Shown here one piece after another: positions 47,323 through 57,019 of a stretch of 64,000 bases of DNA (position 1 is the stretch's first letter; every line of letters begins with the position of its first letter). The position numbers and the translations under genes are program-made. The stretch spans positions 4,273,565 to 4,337,564 of the forward strand of contig NZ_CP006568.1 of NCBI RefSeq assembly GCF_000517405.1. The letters run 5' to 3'. The notes under the pieces were generated by a model. That model was not told the DNA's origin. It searched no databases and was given only the letters and a program-made list of their open reading frames with translations. Origin of the DNA: Candidatus Sodalis pierantonii str. SOPE. Lineage in GTDB: Bacteria; Pseudomonadota; Gammaproteobacteria; Enterobacterales; Enterobacteriaceae.

Positions 47323-47853
47323 GTGCACGCATCTCAACTGATTACCGTTCTTGGCGCCCGTCTAAACGATTTAGCCGTACGCATCGAAGCCCAGGGACAC
47401 CCTGTTGTGAAGCAATCCCGTTTCGATCATCTGCTCTTTAGCACCCGCGGCAACCGCCTGGGCGATTATTTGTCCGAGAGCCGCGCAACGCTTGCGTATT
47501 TGACCAGCGCGGTGAAACAGGGCCGTACCGAACGCGTGGCCTGGCTGGCCCAGCGGCTAACCGATCAAATGTTGGCGCTCTCCCGCGAACTGGCCACGCA
47601 AAATCTGCACCAGGCGGCCCCCGCCGCCGCGCCGGAGGATATTTACGCCCGCCTGGCCGAGCATCAGGACTATGAGCGGCGGCTGCTGTCGATGATCCGC
47701 GATCGCGATAGCCTGCTCGCCGCCGCGGACGATCTGGCCTGCGCGCGGCAGTTGCAGCAGGAAATCGCCGCGCTGGAAGGCCGTCTACAGCGTTGCCGGC
47801 AGGCGCTGACCCGTCTCGAATACCAGATAGAGCGGCGCGAGCGGGGCGAATAA
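47323..47853 (+). CDS. priC: primosomal replication protein N'' (PriC)
   Basis: 176 aa, in the syntenic position. It is a helical basic protein similar in length to E. coli PriC. Confidence 0.75.
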   Translation: MHASQLITVLGARLNDLAVRIEAQGHPVVKQSRFDHLLFSTRGNRLGDYLSESRATLAYLTSAVKQGRTERVAWLAQRLTDQMLALSRELATQNLHQAAPAAAPEDIYARLAEHQDYERRLLSMIRDRDSLLAAADDLACARQLQQEIAALEGRLQRCRQALTRLEYQIERRERGE

Positions 47854-47961
47854 GAAAAAAAATTCGCCCGGCGACACAAATGGATTACCTGCTCATCTTT
47901 TAGAGTGTAAATAATATTCTCTATACTTGAGTTTACAGCCTGAGTTGAGCAGGAGCGCGAG

Positions 47962-48111
47962 GTGACCCTCGAAGACGAATCCCCCGAAATCAAACTGGCG
48001 GTCGATTTGATTATGCTGCTTGAAAAGAACGAACTGGCACCAGAGCTGGTGCTGGCGGCGCTGGAGATTGTCAAAAATGATTATTTGCGCAAAGCGGATA
48101 CGGTGGAATAA
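47962..48111 (+). CDS. ybaM: small protein YbaM (DUF2496)
   Basis: GTG start after AGGAG. VTLEDESPEIKLAVDLIMLLEKNELAPELVLAALEIVKNDYLRKADTVE. Below the 60-aa ORF-track cutoff. Syntenic between priC and acrR. Confidence 0.55.
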   Translation: MTLEDESPEIKLAVDLIMLLEKNELAPELVLAALEIVKNDYLRKADTVE

Positions 48112-48140
48112 ACGTTGATCGTCTTTGCGTGGGCACGCCG

Positions 48141-48800
48141 TCAGACGGTTTGGGGGGCGTCGTGTTGCTCGCAGCGCAACATCGGGCTCATGCGCAACAT
48201 GTCGATCAGCGCGAAAACCAGAGTGCGCGAGTCGGCCTGCAAATCAAAGCTCCCGGGAATGAACAACCAATTTTCCATGAGGCCAGACATAGAGGCGCGC
48301 AACATGATCGCCGCACGGCGGTAGTGCAGGGTCGCGGGCAGTTGCCGTTGCACGATGCAGCGACCGAGCGTGGCCTCAAGCCGGCCGTAACATTCGTCGA
48401 AAAGCTGCGAACGCACTTCTTGATACAGCGCCATTTTACCCACAAACTCGCATTTATGAAACACGATTTCCATAAGCTCGCGCCACTGGCGATTGGATAC
48501 GGTAGCGTCAAGAATGTAAATCATTGTCTCGGTTAACACATAAAGTGGATTGTCTGGATATTTTGTCTGATACTCTGTTTCAAAATCTCGGACCTTACTG
48601 TCAGCCGTGTGAAGTATTTCATTAAATAACTCGGCTTTATTTTTGAAGTGCCAATAAATCGCGCCGCGCGTCACCCCGGCCAATGCCGAGATATCATTGA
48701 GCGAGGTGGCGGATACCCCTCTCTCGGAGAAAGCCTTAATTGCGGCGTCCAGTATATGCTGGCGGGTTTCCTGAGCCTGTCGTTTGGTTTTTCGTGCCAT
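48141..48800 (-). CDS. acrR: TetR-family repressor AcrR
   Basis: 219 aa. The HTH N-terminus is near-identical to E. coli AcrR. It is divergent from acrA. Confidence 0.9.
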   Translation of the reverse strand: MARKTKRQAQETRQHILDAAIKAFSERGVSATSLNDISALAGVTRGAIYWHFKNKAELFNEILHTADSKVRDFETEYQTKYPDNPLYVLTETMIYILDATVSNRQWRELMEIVFHKCEFVGKMALYQEVRSQLFDECYGRLEATLGRCIVQRQLPATLHYRRAAIMLRASMSGLMENWLFIPGSFDLQADSRTLVFALIDMLRMSPMLRCEQHDAPQTV

Positions 48801-48944
48801 AGTGCCGTTTTGAAGTGGTCTTTGGATTTACATACATTCAAAAATGTATGTAACATAGCATAATGAAAAATGTCGCGCAGCACTGTCTTTGGGGCTTGTG
48901 ATCACTTGATCAATTTTTTCAAATCGGAATCTTGGGGTTTATCT

Positions 48945-50141
48945 ATGAACAAAAACAGAGGGCTATTGCCTCTGGCGGCCGTTCTGATGCTTTCCGGCAG
49001 TTTTATTCTCGCAGGCTGTGATAATAAAGAAGCCGCGCAGGCAGGCAATCAGCAGCAGGCTCCCGAAGTGGGCGTTGTGACGCTAAAAAAACAAGCGCTT
49101 AATGTCACCATCGACTTACCGGGCCGCACCGCCGCTTTCCGGGTCGCGGAAGTCCGTCCACAGGTCTATGGCATTATCCTGAAACGTAATTTCGTCGAAG
49201 GGAGCGATGTCACGGCAGGCGTCTCTTTGTATCAAATTGATCCGGCCACCTATCAGGCCGCCTATAACAGCGCCAAGGGCGATTTGGCGCAGGCGCAGGC
49301 GAATGCCGGCATCGCGAGGGTGACGGTAAACCGCTATAAGAAACTGCTCTCCACCAGCTATGTCAGCCGCCAAGACTATGATCAGGCGGTTGCGACGCTG
49401 GCGCAAAACGATGCGGCCGAGCAAGCGGCGCAGGCGGCGCTGGAAACCGCCCGCATCAATCTGGCCTACACCCGCGTCACTTCCCCGATAAGCGGCCGCA
49501 TCGGCAAGTCCGCCTTTACCGAAGGCGCCTTGGTCACCAGCGCGCAAACGACCGCGATGGCGACCGTTCAGCAGTTGGACCCGATGTATGTCGATGTTAC
49601 CCAGTCGAGCAATGACTTCATGCGTCTGCGTCAAGAGCTGGAAAACGGCACGTTGAAACAGCATGACGGTAAAGCGACGGTGCGCCTGCTGATGGAAAAC
49701 GGCGGCGAATATGCACAGACGGGTACGTTGGAATTCTCCGATGTCACGGTGGATGAAACCACCGGCTCCATTACGCTGCGCGCTATTTTTCCGAATCCGC
49801 AGCATACGCTACTGCCGGGTATGTTTGTGCGCGCCAAATTGGACCAGGGTATCAATGAAAACGCTTTACTCGTGCCTCAACAGGGCGTCACCCACACGCC
49901 CCGTGGCGAGGCGAGCGCCATGGTGGTCGGGAGCGACAATAAAGTCGCGATCCGTCAGATCACGGCACCGCAGGCCATCGGCGATAAATGGTTAGTCACC
50001 GCCGGATTACAAGAAGGCGACAAGGTCATCGTCGCCGGCGTGCAAAAGGTGAAACCCGGCATGCAGGTCACCCCGAAAGAAGTGACCGACCAGGAAAAAC
50101 AACCGGAACAACCGCAGCCTGACACCGCCAGTAAGTCTTAA
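48945..50141 (+). CDS. acrA: RND efflux periplasmic adaptor AcrA
   Basis: Lipoprotein signal (LAGC). The start was chosen at MNKNRGLLPL; the ORF-track start at 48870 lies upstream. Confidence 0.9.
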   Translation: MNKNRGLLPLAAVLMLSGSFILAGCDNKEAAQAGNQQQAPEVGVVTLKKQALNVTIDLPGRTAAFRVAEVRPQVYGIILKRNFVEGSDVTAGVSLYQIDPATYQAAYNSAKGDLAQAQANAGIARVTVNRYKKLLSTSYVSRQDYDQAVATLAQNDAAEQAAQAALETARINLAYTRVTSPISGRIGKSAFTEGALVTSAQTTAMATVQQLDPMYVDVTQSSNDFMRLRQELENGTLKQHDGKATVRLLMENGGEYAQTGTLEFSDVTVDETTGSITLRAIFPNPQHTLLPGMFVRAKLDQGINENALLVPQQGVTHTPRGEASAMVVGSDNKVAIRQITAPQAIGDKWLVTAGLQEGDKVIVAGVQKVKPGMQVTPKEVTDQEKQPEQPQPDTASKS

Positions 50142-50159
50142 CAGGAACGGGTAACCCTT

Positions 50160-53100
50160 ATGTCTAAGTACTTTATCGATCGGCCCATCTTCGCATGGGT
50201 GATTGCCATTATCATCATGCTGGCGGGGGCGCTATCGATTCTCAAGCTGCCCATCGAACAGTATCCGGCTATCGCGCCGCCGACGATCCGTATCACCGCT
50301 ACCTACCCCGGGGCGGACGCCTCAACGCTGCAAGATAGCGTGACGCAGATAGTCGAGCAGAATATGAACGGCATCGACCATCTGATGTACATGGCCTCCG
50401 ACAGCGACTCGTCCGGCACCGCGACCATCACCCTGACCTTTGAATCGGGTGCCGATCCGGATATCGCCCAGGTCCAGGTGCAGAACAAACTGCAACTCGC
50501 AATGCCGCTGTTGCCTCAAGAAGTTCAGCAACAAGGCGTACAGGTACAGAAATCCAGCGCCAGCTTCCTTATGGTCGCCGGTTTTATCAGCGATGATAAA
50601 AACATGACCCAGGAAGATATCGCGGATTATGTCGGTTCCTCCATCAAGGATCCGATAAACCGTACCAACGGCGTGGGCGAAGTGCAATTGTTCGGCGCCC
50701 AATATGCAATGCGTATCTGGCTCGATCCCAATAAGCTAAATAATTTTCAGCTAACGCCGGTGGATGTCATCAGCGCGCTGGAGGTCCAGAACAACCAGAT
50801 CGCCGCAGGCCAGCTGGGCGGTTCGCCGCCGGTGAAGGGGCAACAGCTTAACGCCTCGATTATCGTGCAAACCCGGCTGAAAACCGCCGAGGAGTTCGGC
50901 AAAATCCAGCTGAAAGTCAATCCCGACGGATCGCAGGTGCGGCTGAAGGATGTGGCGACCATCGCGCTGGGCGGAGAGAGCTACGATATTATCGCCCGCA
51001 TCAACGGCCAGCCCGCCACCGGTTTGGGGGTTAAACTCGCCACCGGCGCCAACGCGCTGGATACCGCCAACGCGGTTAAAGCGGAACTGGCGCGGCTTCA
51101 GCCCAACTTCCCCGCCGGACTGAAAGTGGTTTACCCTTACGACACCGCGCCGTTTGTGAAGATCTCCATCACCGAGGTGGTGAAAACGCTGGTGGAAGCC
51201 ATCATCCTGGTGTTCCTGGTGATGTATCTGTTCTTGCAAAATTTCCGCGCGACGCTTATCCCGACCATCGCGGTGCCGGTAGTTCTGCTGGGGACATTCG
51301 CCATCCTGGGAGCGTTTGGTTATACCATTAACACATTGACGATGTTCGCCTGCGTGCTCGCCATCGGGCTGCTGGTGGATGACGCCATCGTGGTGGTGGA
51401 AAACGTCGAGCGCGTAATGGCCGAGGAGGGGCTCAGTCCCATTGAGGCCACGCGGAAATCGATGGGCCAGATCCAAGGCGCACTGGTAGGGATCGCGCTG
51501 GTACTCTCCGCCGTATTTGTGCCGATGGCGTTTTTCGGTGGCTCGACCGGCGCTATTTACCGTCAGTTCTCTATCACCATCGTTTCGGCGATGATTTTGT
51601 CGGTTATCGTGGCGCTGATTCTGACCCCGGCGCTGTGCGCCACCCTGTTCAAGCCCATTAAAAAAGGCGCTCACGGCAAGACCACCGGCTTTTTCGGCTG
51701 GTTTAATAAAAAGTTCGACCAGAGTACCCACCACTATACTGACAGCATCGGCCACATCTTAAACAGCACCGGTCGCTATTTGTTGATTTATCTGCTGATT
51801 GTGGTGGGTATGGCGTTACTGTTTATTCGCCTGCCCACGTCGTTCCTGCCGGATGAGGATCAGGGCGTCTTCCTGACGATGACGCTGCTGCCGGCGGGCG
51901 CCACCCAGGAGCGCACCCAGAAAGTGCTGGATGAGGTGACCCAGTATTATCTGAACAACGAAAAAGACAATGTCAGGTCGGTGTTCACGGTCAACGGCTT
52001 TGGTTTCGCCGGCCGGGGGCAGAACTCCGGTATCGTGTTCGTCAGCCTGAAGGACTGGGGTGAGCGTTCCGGGGCAGACAACAAAGTGCCCGCGATTACC
52101 GCCCGCGCCAACCAGGCGTTCTCCAAGATCAAAGACGGCATCGTGCTGGCGTTTAACCTGCCCGCGATCGTCGAACTGGGGACTGCAACCGGTTTCGACT
52201 TTGAGCTTATCGATGAGAACAATCTGGGGCATGAACAGCTGACCGCGGCGCGCAATCAGCTGTTGGGGATGGTGGCGCAGCATCCTGATGTGTTGCAGGG
52301 CGTCAGGCCCAACGGTCTGGAAGATACCCCCGAATACAAGCTGGATGTCGATCACGAGAAAGCCGAAGCGCTGGGAGTTTCGCTGTCGGATATCAACACC
52401 ACCATCGGTGCGGCGCTCGGTGGCAGCTATGTTAATGACTTCATTGACCGCGGCCGCGTGAAGAAGGTCTATGTCCAGGGTGACGCGCCCTACCGTATGC
52501 TGCCGCAGGATATCAATAACTGGTATGTACGCGGTTCGGATAACCAAATGGTGCCCTTATCGGCGGTCACGACCTCACGCTGGCAATACGGTTCGCCGCG
52601 TCTGGAGCGCTATAACGGGCTGCCGTCGATGGAGATCCAGGGGGAAGCCGCGCCCGGTAAGAGTACCGGTGAAGCCATGGCATTGATGGAGCAGCTGGCG
52701 GGCAAACTGCCGACGGGAATCGGTTACGACTGGACCGGAATGTCCTACCAGGAACGGTTATCCGGCAATCAGGCCCCATCGCTGTATGCGATATCGCTCA
52801 TCGTGGTGTTCTTATGCCTGGCGGCCCTGTATGAGAGCTGGTCTATTCCGTTCTCGGTCATGCTGGTGGTACCGCTGGGGGTTATCGGCGCCCTGCTGGC
52901 GGCGACGCTACGCGGTTTAAACAATGACGTTTACTTCCAGGTTGGTCTGCTGACCACCATCGGATTGTCGGCCAAAAACGCCATATTGATCGTGGAATTC
53001 GCCAAGGATCTGATGGAGAAGGAAGGCAAAGGACTGGTAGAAGCCACTTTGGAAGCGGTACGTATGCGTTTACGACCGATTCTGATGACCTCGCTGGCCT

Positions 53101-53324
53101 TCATCCTCGGCGTATTGCCACTGGCGATCAGCATCGGTGCCGGCTCAGGCTCGCAAAACGCGGTCGGTACCGGCGTCATGGGCGGGATGGTTACCGCTAC
53201 CCTGTTGGCAATTTTCTTCGTACCGGTGTTCTTCGTGGTGGTACGCCGCCGCTTCGGTAAGACGGGCCATCAGGACGAACTGGAACATGGACATCCCGTG
53301 GACAACCCGTCGCCGCGGCCGTAA
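50160..53324 (+). CDS. acrB: RND multidrug efflux transporter AcrB
   Basis: 1054 aa, more than 80% identical by eye to E. coli AcrB over the full length. Confidence 0.95.
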   Translation: MSKYFIDRPIFAWVIAIIIMLAGALSILKLPIEQYPAIAPPTIRITATYPGADASTLQDSVTQIVEQNMNGIDHLMYMASDSDSSGTATITLTFESGADPDIAQVQVQNKLQLAMPLLPQEVQQQGVQVQKSSASFLMVAGFISDDKNMTQEDIADYVGSSIKDPINRTNGVGEVQLFGAQYAMRIWLDPNKLNNFQLTPVDVISALEVQNNQIAAGQLGGSPPVKGQQLNASIIVQTRLKTAEEFGKIQLKVNPDGSQVRLKDVATIALGGESYDIIARINGQPATGLGVKLATGANALDTANAVKAELARLQPNFPAGLKVVYPYDTAPFVKISITEVVKTLVEAIILVFLVMYLFLQNFRATLIPTIAVPVVLLGTFAILGAFGYTINTLTMFACVLAIGLLVDDAIVVVENVERVMAEEGLSPIEATRKSMGQIQGALVGIALVLSAVFVPMAFFGGSTGAIYRQFSITIVSAMILSVIVALILTPALCATLFKPIKKGAHGKTTGFFGWFNKKFDQSTHHYTDSIGHILNSTGRYLLIYLLIVVGMALLFIRLPTSFLPDEDQGVFLTMTLLPAGATQERTQKVLDEVTQYYLNNEKDNVRSVFTVNGFGFAGRGQNSGIVFVSLKDWGERSGADNKVPAITARANQAFSKIKDGIVLAFNLPAIVELGTATGFDFELIDENNLGHEQLTAARNQLLGMVAQHPDVLQGVRPNGLEDTPEYKLDVDHEKAEALGVSLSDINTTIGAALGGSYVNDFIDRGRVKKVYVQGDAPYRMLPQDINNWYVRGSDNQMVPLSAVTTSRWQYGSPRLERYNGLPSMEIQGEAAPGKSTGEAMALMEQLAGKLPTGIGYDWTGMSYQERLSGNQAPSLYAISLIVVFLCLAALYESWSIPFSVMLVVPLGVIGALLAATLRGLNNDVYFQVGLLTTIGLSAKNAILIVEFAKDLMEKEGKGLVEATLEAVRMRLRPILMTSLAFILGVLPLAISIGAGSGSQNAVGTGVMGGMVTATLLAIFFVPVFFVVVRRRFGKTGHQDELEHGHPVDNPSPRP

Positions 53325-53351
53325 GCGCGACGTCGTCATCCCCTCACACCA

Positions 53352-53376
53352 GGGCCGCTATTGCGGCCCTTTTTCA
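53352..53376 (+). terminator. rho-independent terminator after acrB
   Basis: gggccgc-tatt-gcggccc hairpin followed by ttttt. Confidence 0.7.
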
Positions 53377-53437
53377 TGTCTTGCGGGCCGAGACGATCCC
53401 CCGCCCGGCGATTGTATAATGTCTTCCCTGACGCTAT

Positions 53438-53464
53438 AATTAATATGTTATAACATTATAATTA
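53438..53464 (+). promoter_or_regulatory. candidate Zur box overlapping the -10 region of rpmE2-rpmJ2
   Basis: taattaatATGTTATAACATtataatta with a perfect 12-bp palindrome, flanked by tataat. It lies immediately upstream of the RBS aggag. Confidence 0.55.
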
Positions 53465-53472
53465 GGAGCAGC

Positions 53473-53733
53473 ATGATGAAACCCGCTATTCATCCCGTTT
53501 ATCGTCAGGTGGTTTTTCACGACACCACGGCCAACGTCTACTTCAAAGTCGGTTCGACCATCGCGACCACGCGCTCTGTGGAATACGAGGGGGCGACCTA
53601 CCCCTATGTCACTCTCGACGTCTCAAGCGCGTCGCATCCCTATTACACCGGGAAGCAGCGTACGGTAGCCAAAGACGGGAGTACCGCACGTTTTAATCAA
53701 CGCTTTGGCCGTTTCCTCGGTCAACAAGGTTAA
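53473..53733 (+). CDS. rpmE2: 50S ribosomal protein L31 type B (zinc-independent paralog)
   Basis: [29 protein letters not shown]..., collinear with E. coli YkgM. It lacks the CxxC zinc ribbon. Confidence 0.85.
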   Translation: MMKPAIHPVYRQVVFHDTTANVYFKVGSTIATTRSVEYEGATYPYVTLDVSSASHPYYTGKQRTVAKDGSTARFNQRFGRFLGQQG

Positions 53734-53753
53734 CCCTCAGGAGAAACCAGCAG

Positions 53754-53894
53754 ATGCAGGTATTAAGTTCCCTCAAGAGCGCCAAAACGCGTCATCCCGA
53801 CTGTCAGATTGTTCGCCGGTGTGGGCGCGTGTATGTCATATGCAAATCCAACCCCCGCTTCAAGGCGGTACAGGGACGCAAAACACGCTGCTGA
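53754..53894 (+). CDS. rpmJ2: 50S ribosomal protein L36 type B (zinc-independent paralog)
   Basis: 46 aa [46 protein letters not shown], very close to E. coli YkgO. Not in the ORF track because it is under 60 aa. Confidence 0.8.
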   Translation: MQVLSSLKSAKTRHPDCQIVRRCGRVYVICKSNPRFKAVQGRKTRC

Positions 53895-54415
53895 CAATTA
53901 TGGCGCTGGGCGACCGGGGCCGGGACAGAAAGACAGTACAGCTGCGCCGAGGGAATACCTTCGGCGCTTTTTATTTGTGTCGTCGGGGCGTGAAACGGCA
54001 TAGGCATGATTATGGTAGGAGAAATGCGGGGATTTACGCATATTTGTAAATAAATATTGTATTTGAGTGAATAAGAAGAAAACACTCTTTTATTTAGCCG
54101 ACATGCCTGCTAATTTTAAAGTATCCATCATGCATCAGCACTGATAAAAGTAATTCAGCCGTATCGTTTCATTCCGCACCAGCACGCCGGCAATGAGAGA
54201 ACGCTGAGACTCCCATCCCAACGCTGTTTACCTGAGCCCTGCTGTCACGGCTGGCTATGACTCAGGGACTGTAAGTTAATGTAAGCATGGGATGCCAAAC
54301 CGCCCAAAATATCCTATCTTTAATCTGGAATGGGCGAATTGAGCAGTGGGTATCGATCCATGTCCCCAGCCGGGTTTTAAGATTACTGCAATTGCTATGT
54401 GTTAGGAGGGCTGAT

Positions 54416-54775
54416 ATGGATGAGTATTCACCCAAACGCTACGATATTGCGCAATTGAAATACCTGTGTGAAAATCTCTATGATGAAGGCATTGCCAGTC
54501 TGGGTGACAGCTATCATGGTTGGGTAAATGACCCAAGTTCCGCCGTCAATTTGCAGCTTAACGAATTAATTGAGCACATAGCGGCGAATATTGTCATCTT
54601 CAAACTTAAATACCATAATGAAAGTGAGCTTACCGATCAGGTTGAAACCTTTTTAGACGATACTTTTACCCTGTTCAGTAGCTATGGCATCAATAATTAC
54701 GATATCCAGCGCTGGCGTCGCAGCCGCAGGCGTTTATTCGGAACATTCTCGGAGACAGAGCTCTGTACAACCTGA
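54416..54775 (+). CDS. tomB: Hha toxicity modulator TomB (YbaJ)
   Basis: MDEYSPKRYDIAQLKYLCENLYDEG... is near-identical to the E. coli TomB N-terminus. Confidence 0.88.
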   Translation: MDEYSPKRYDIAQLKYLCENLYDEGIASLGDSYHGWVNDPSSAVNLQLNELIEHIAANIVIFKLKYHNESELTDQVETFLDDTFTLFSSYGINNYDIQRWRRSRRRLFGTFSETELCTT

Positions 54776-54821
54776 GAAAGTAGTAACTCACCCGTTCAAC
54801 TGACTGTACAAAAAGGTAAAA

Positions 54822-55025
54822 ATGAAAAAGATCGACTATTTAATGCGCTTGAGGAAGTGCCGAACGCTGGAAACCCTCGAGCGTGTGATTGAAAAAAACA
54901 AATATGAACTGTCTGATGATGAACTGGAGATATTCAATTCCGCCGCCGATCATCGCCTGGCGGAACTGACCATGAACAAGCTGTACGACAAAGTTCCAGT
55001 TTCTGTCTGGAAGTATGTACGCTAA
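54822..55025 (+). CDS. hha: haemolysin expression modulator Hha
   Basis: 67 aa, ...[55 protein letters not shown]... Confidence 0.9.
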   Translation: MKKIDYLMRLRKCRTLETLERVIEKNKYELSDDELEIFNSAADHRLAELTMNKLYDKVPVSVWKYVR

Positions 55026-55510
55026 AACTGATTATTCTAAACATAATGTTAGTGTTAATAAACATGACTATTAATACCTTTTTTTGCCCTCCGGCAATTA
55101 AATAACCTATTGCTTGCCCCTGCTGATAACCGTTCTTTTTCGCGCCATTGACGTCAGGTTAACCTCCTATTGTCTGGCGCGCGACGCGGATGTAAATGGC
55201 CAGTGCGTTATCATACTGGTTAATAACATTATTGGTCTTCTCCAAGCGCAGGTCCCAAGCGGTGATGTCAAGTGCATATTACGTCGGATTTCCCTCATTT
55301 TTGCGGGACGGCCTTGGCGTTATTTCGTACGATTGTATTTTTACAGGTGCCGGACGGGAATGTACTGACCGGCAGATACAATTTCGGCACGTCATTAATA
55401 AAGGACAATTGCGGAAAAAACACCGCTTATTTCCCGGTAAAGGGAGGATAACCTCGGCGCCGCGGGCGGGTAGGCCCGAGAGAGAGAGCAAGATGAATGC
55501 GGGCTGAATT

Positions 55511-55624
55511 GGGTGGAGGCCCCGCCAGCGACATCCCGGCACACACGTCGCCTGCTGCGGCTGCTTCCTTCCGGACCTGACCGAGTTCACAGGGTAGTGT
55601 TGCGAGAGCACCCACGGGGCCTCC
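55511..55624 (-). ncRNA. ffs: 4.5S RNA (signal recognition particle RNA)
   Basis: The reverse complement aligns with E. coli ffs over 114 nt at about 80% identity. This includes the conserved GGAAGCAGCC/SRP54-binding core (+ strand gctgcttccttccggacctgacc). It is in the syntenic position beside ybaZ. Confidence 0.85.
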
Positions 55625-55818
55625 AGTGACGGCTCGTTTCAAACGAGCGCGGGGCATTATCAATTAAGGCTTGGGTAATTGCAAGCCAGGGCGGTTTAAG
55701 CGCCGTTTTCTTATCCAATATGTTTCACACGTATCGCTTCACCGCCGGCGGGTTGCGGTCGCCGGGCTAAATGTGACAGGATAATTCCCACGCCGAATTC
55801 AACTGCAGAATTGAAAAT

Positions 55819-56148
55819 ATGTCCGATCCCTCTCACGATAATTTTCGTCAGCGCGTTTATCAGATCGTGGCCGCCATCCCTTATGGCCGATTAACCACCT
55901 ATGGTGATGTGGCGCGTCTGGCCGGCGCACCGCGCGCCGCTCGGCAAGTCGGCGGGCTATTGAGCCAGCTGCCCGAGGGCAGCAAACTCCCCTGGCATCG
56001 AGTGGTTAATCGTCACGGCGCTATCTCGCTAAGCGGCGAGGATTTCTACTGCCAGCTCAGGGTGCTGCAGGCCGAAGGGCTGTTGTTACAAAACAGCGGC
56101 CGGTTTGATCTCGCCCGCTGCCGGTGGCGTCCAGAAGACGGCGATTAA
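55819..56148 (+). CDS. ybaZ: alkyltransferase-like (MGMT-fold) DNA-binding protein YbaZ
   Basis: 109 aa, ...YGRLTTYGDVARLAGAPRAARQVGG...LPWHRVVN.... Confidence 0.8.
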   Translation: MSDPSHDNFRQRVYQIVAAIPYGRLTTYGDVARLAGAPRAARQVGGLLSQLPEGSKLPWHRVVNRHGAISLSGEDFYCQLRVLQAEGLLLQNSGRFDLARCRWRPEDGD

Positions 56149-56289
56149 GCGTTTATCGCCAGCCGCCGTGGTGATAGGGGGCGGTACCGAGCGTTCTTGG
56201 TTGGCGTCTGGGCCTGTGCAGCGCGAGCGTCGTCAGATGGCCACGATTTATCACCGCAGCCTCGGTAAACGCAGGCCGCCCTGGGAGCC

Positions 56290-56400
56290 GGCTCGCCATC
56301 GGAAGCGGCCGTTGGAATGACGGTCGCCGGAAGCGACCCTCGGTATTGCGGTCGCCGGAAGCGAACACTGGGAGGACGGCCACCGGGAGCAGGCATTAAG
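56290..56400. repeat. short GC-rich imperfect tandem repeats (gtcgccggaagcga..)
   Basis: Three to four degenerate units containing cggaagcg[ag]cc between ybaZ and ybaY. Confidence 0.4.
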
Positions 56401-56468
56401 AAGAAAGCCGCCAGAAGCGGCCATTCGGACCAAGGCCGCCAGGACGCGCGGCTGCTGTCGGATAGCCG

Positions 56469-57019
56469 TTAAAAGGACGTCGGCGCCGGGATGCTATCCG
56501 AAGGGGTCACCTGCGTTGGCGAACTTAACGGCACCGTGGTAGCGGGTTGAGTTTGCGTCGGCAAGGCAACCGACTCAACCGGTACCAAGATCAAATCGTG
56601 GCGCGCTCCGCCTTGGGTGACCGCCATTTTTACCTGCTCGGTGATCATCACTACGCGGCCATCAACCGTAATGGCGGCACTTAACAGGATGCGGCCATTG
56701 GGCTGAATATCCGAGGGATTAAACGGCAATACAAAGCTGAACGGAGCTTGCTTGCCGTCCGTGCGCACCACGCGCTGCGCGATGACTTTGGACGGGGTAT
56801 CAGGAATCGTGGCATCGGATAGCGTGACCGTCAGCGCCGCGTTAGGCGGCAGCGCGATGCGCTGGCGGATATACACCGTACCGCTGACCGCCGGCTGGCT
56901 GATGGCGCCCTGCTGGGCGGTGCCCGGCGCTTTAAACGCGGGGGTGGGAATGTTGGCGCTTTTATCCGCGCATCCTGCCAATGTGGTGCCTAGAGCGACA
57001 CCCGCAATGATTTGCCAGA
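56469..57019 (-). pseudogene. ybaY: YbaY-family lipoprotein, start codon and promoter displaced by IS256-family insertion
   Basis: From VWQIIAGVALGTTLAGCADKS... onward it matches E. coli YbaY. The first 20 codons of ORF 56469..57077 (MTAWTVTSEKRHLHRIVYRV) are encoded by the IS256-family terminal sequence. Confidence 0.7.
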
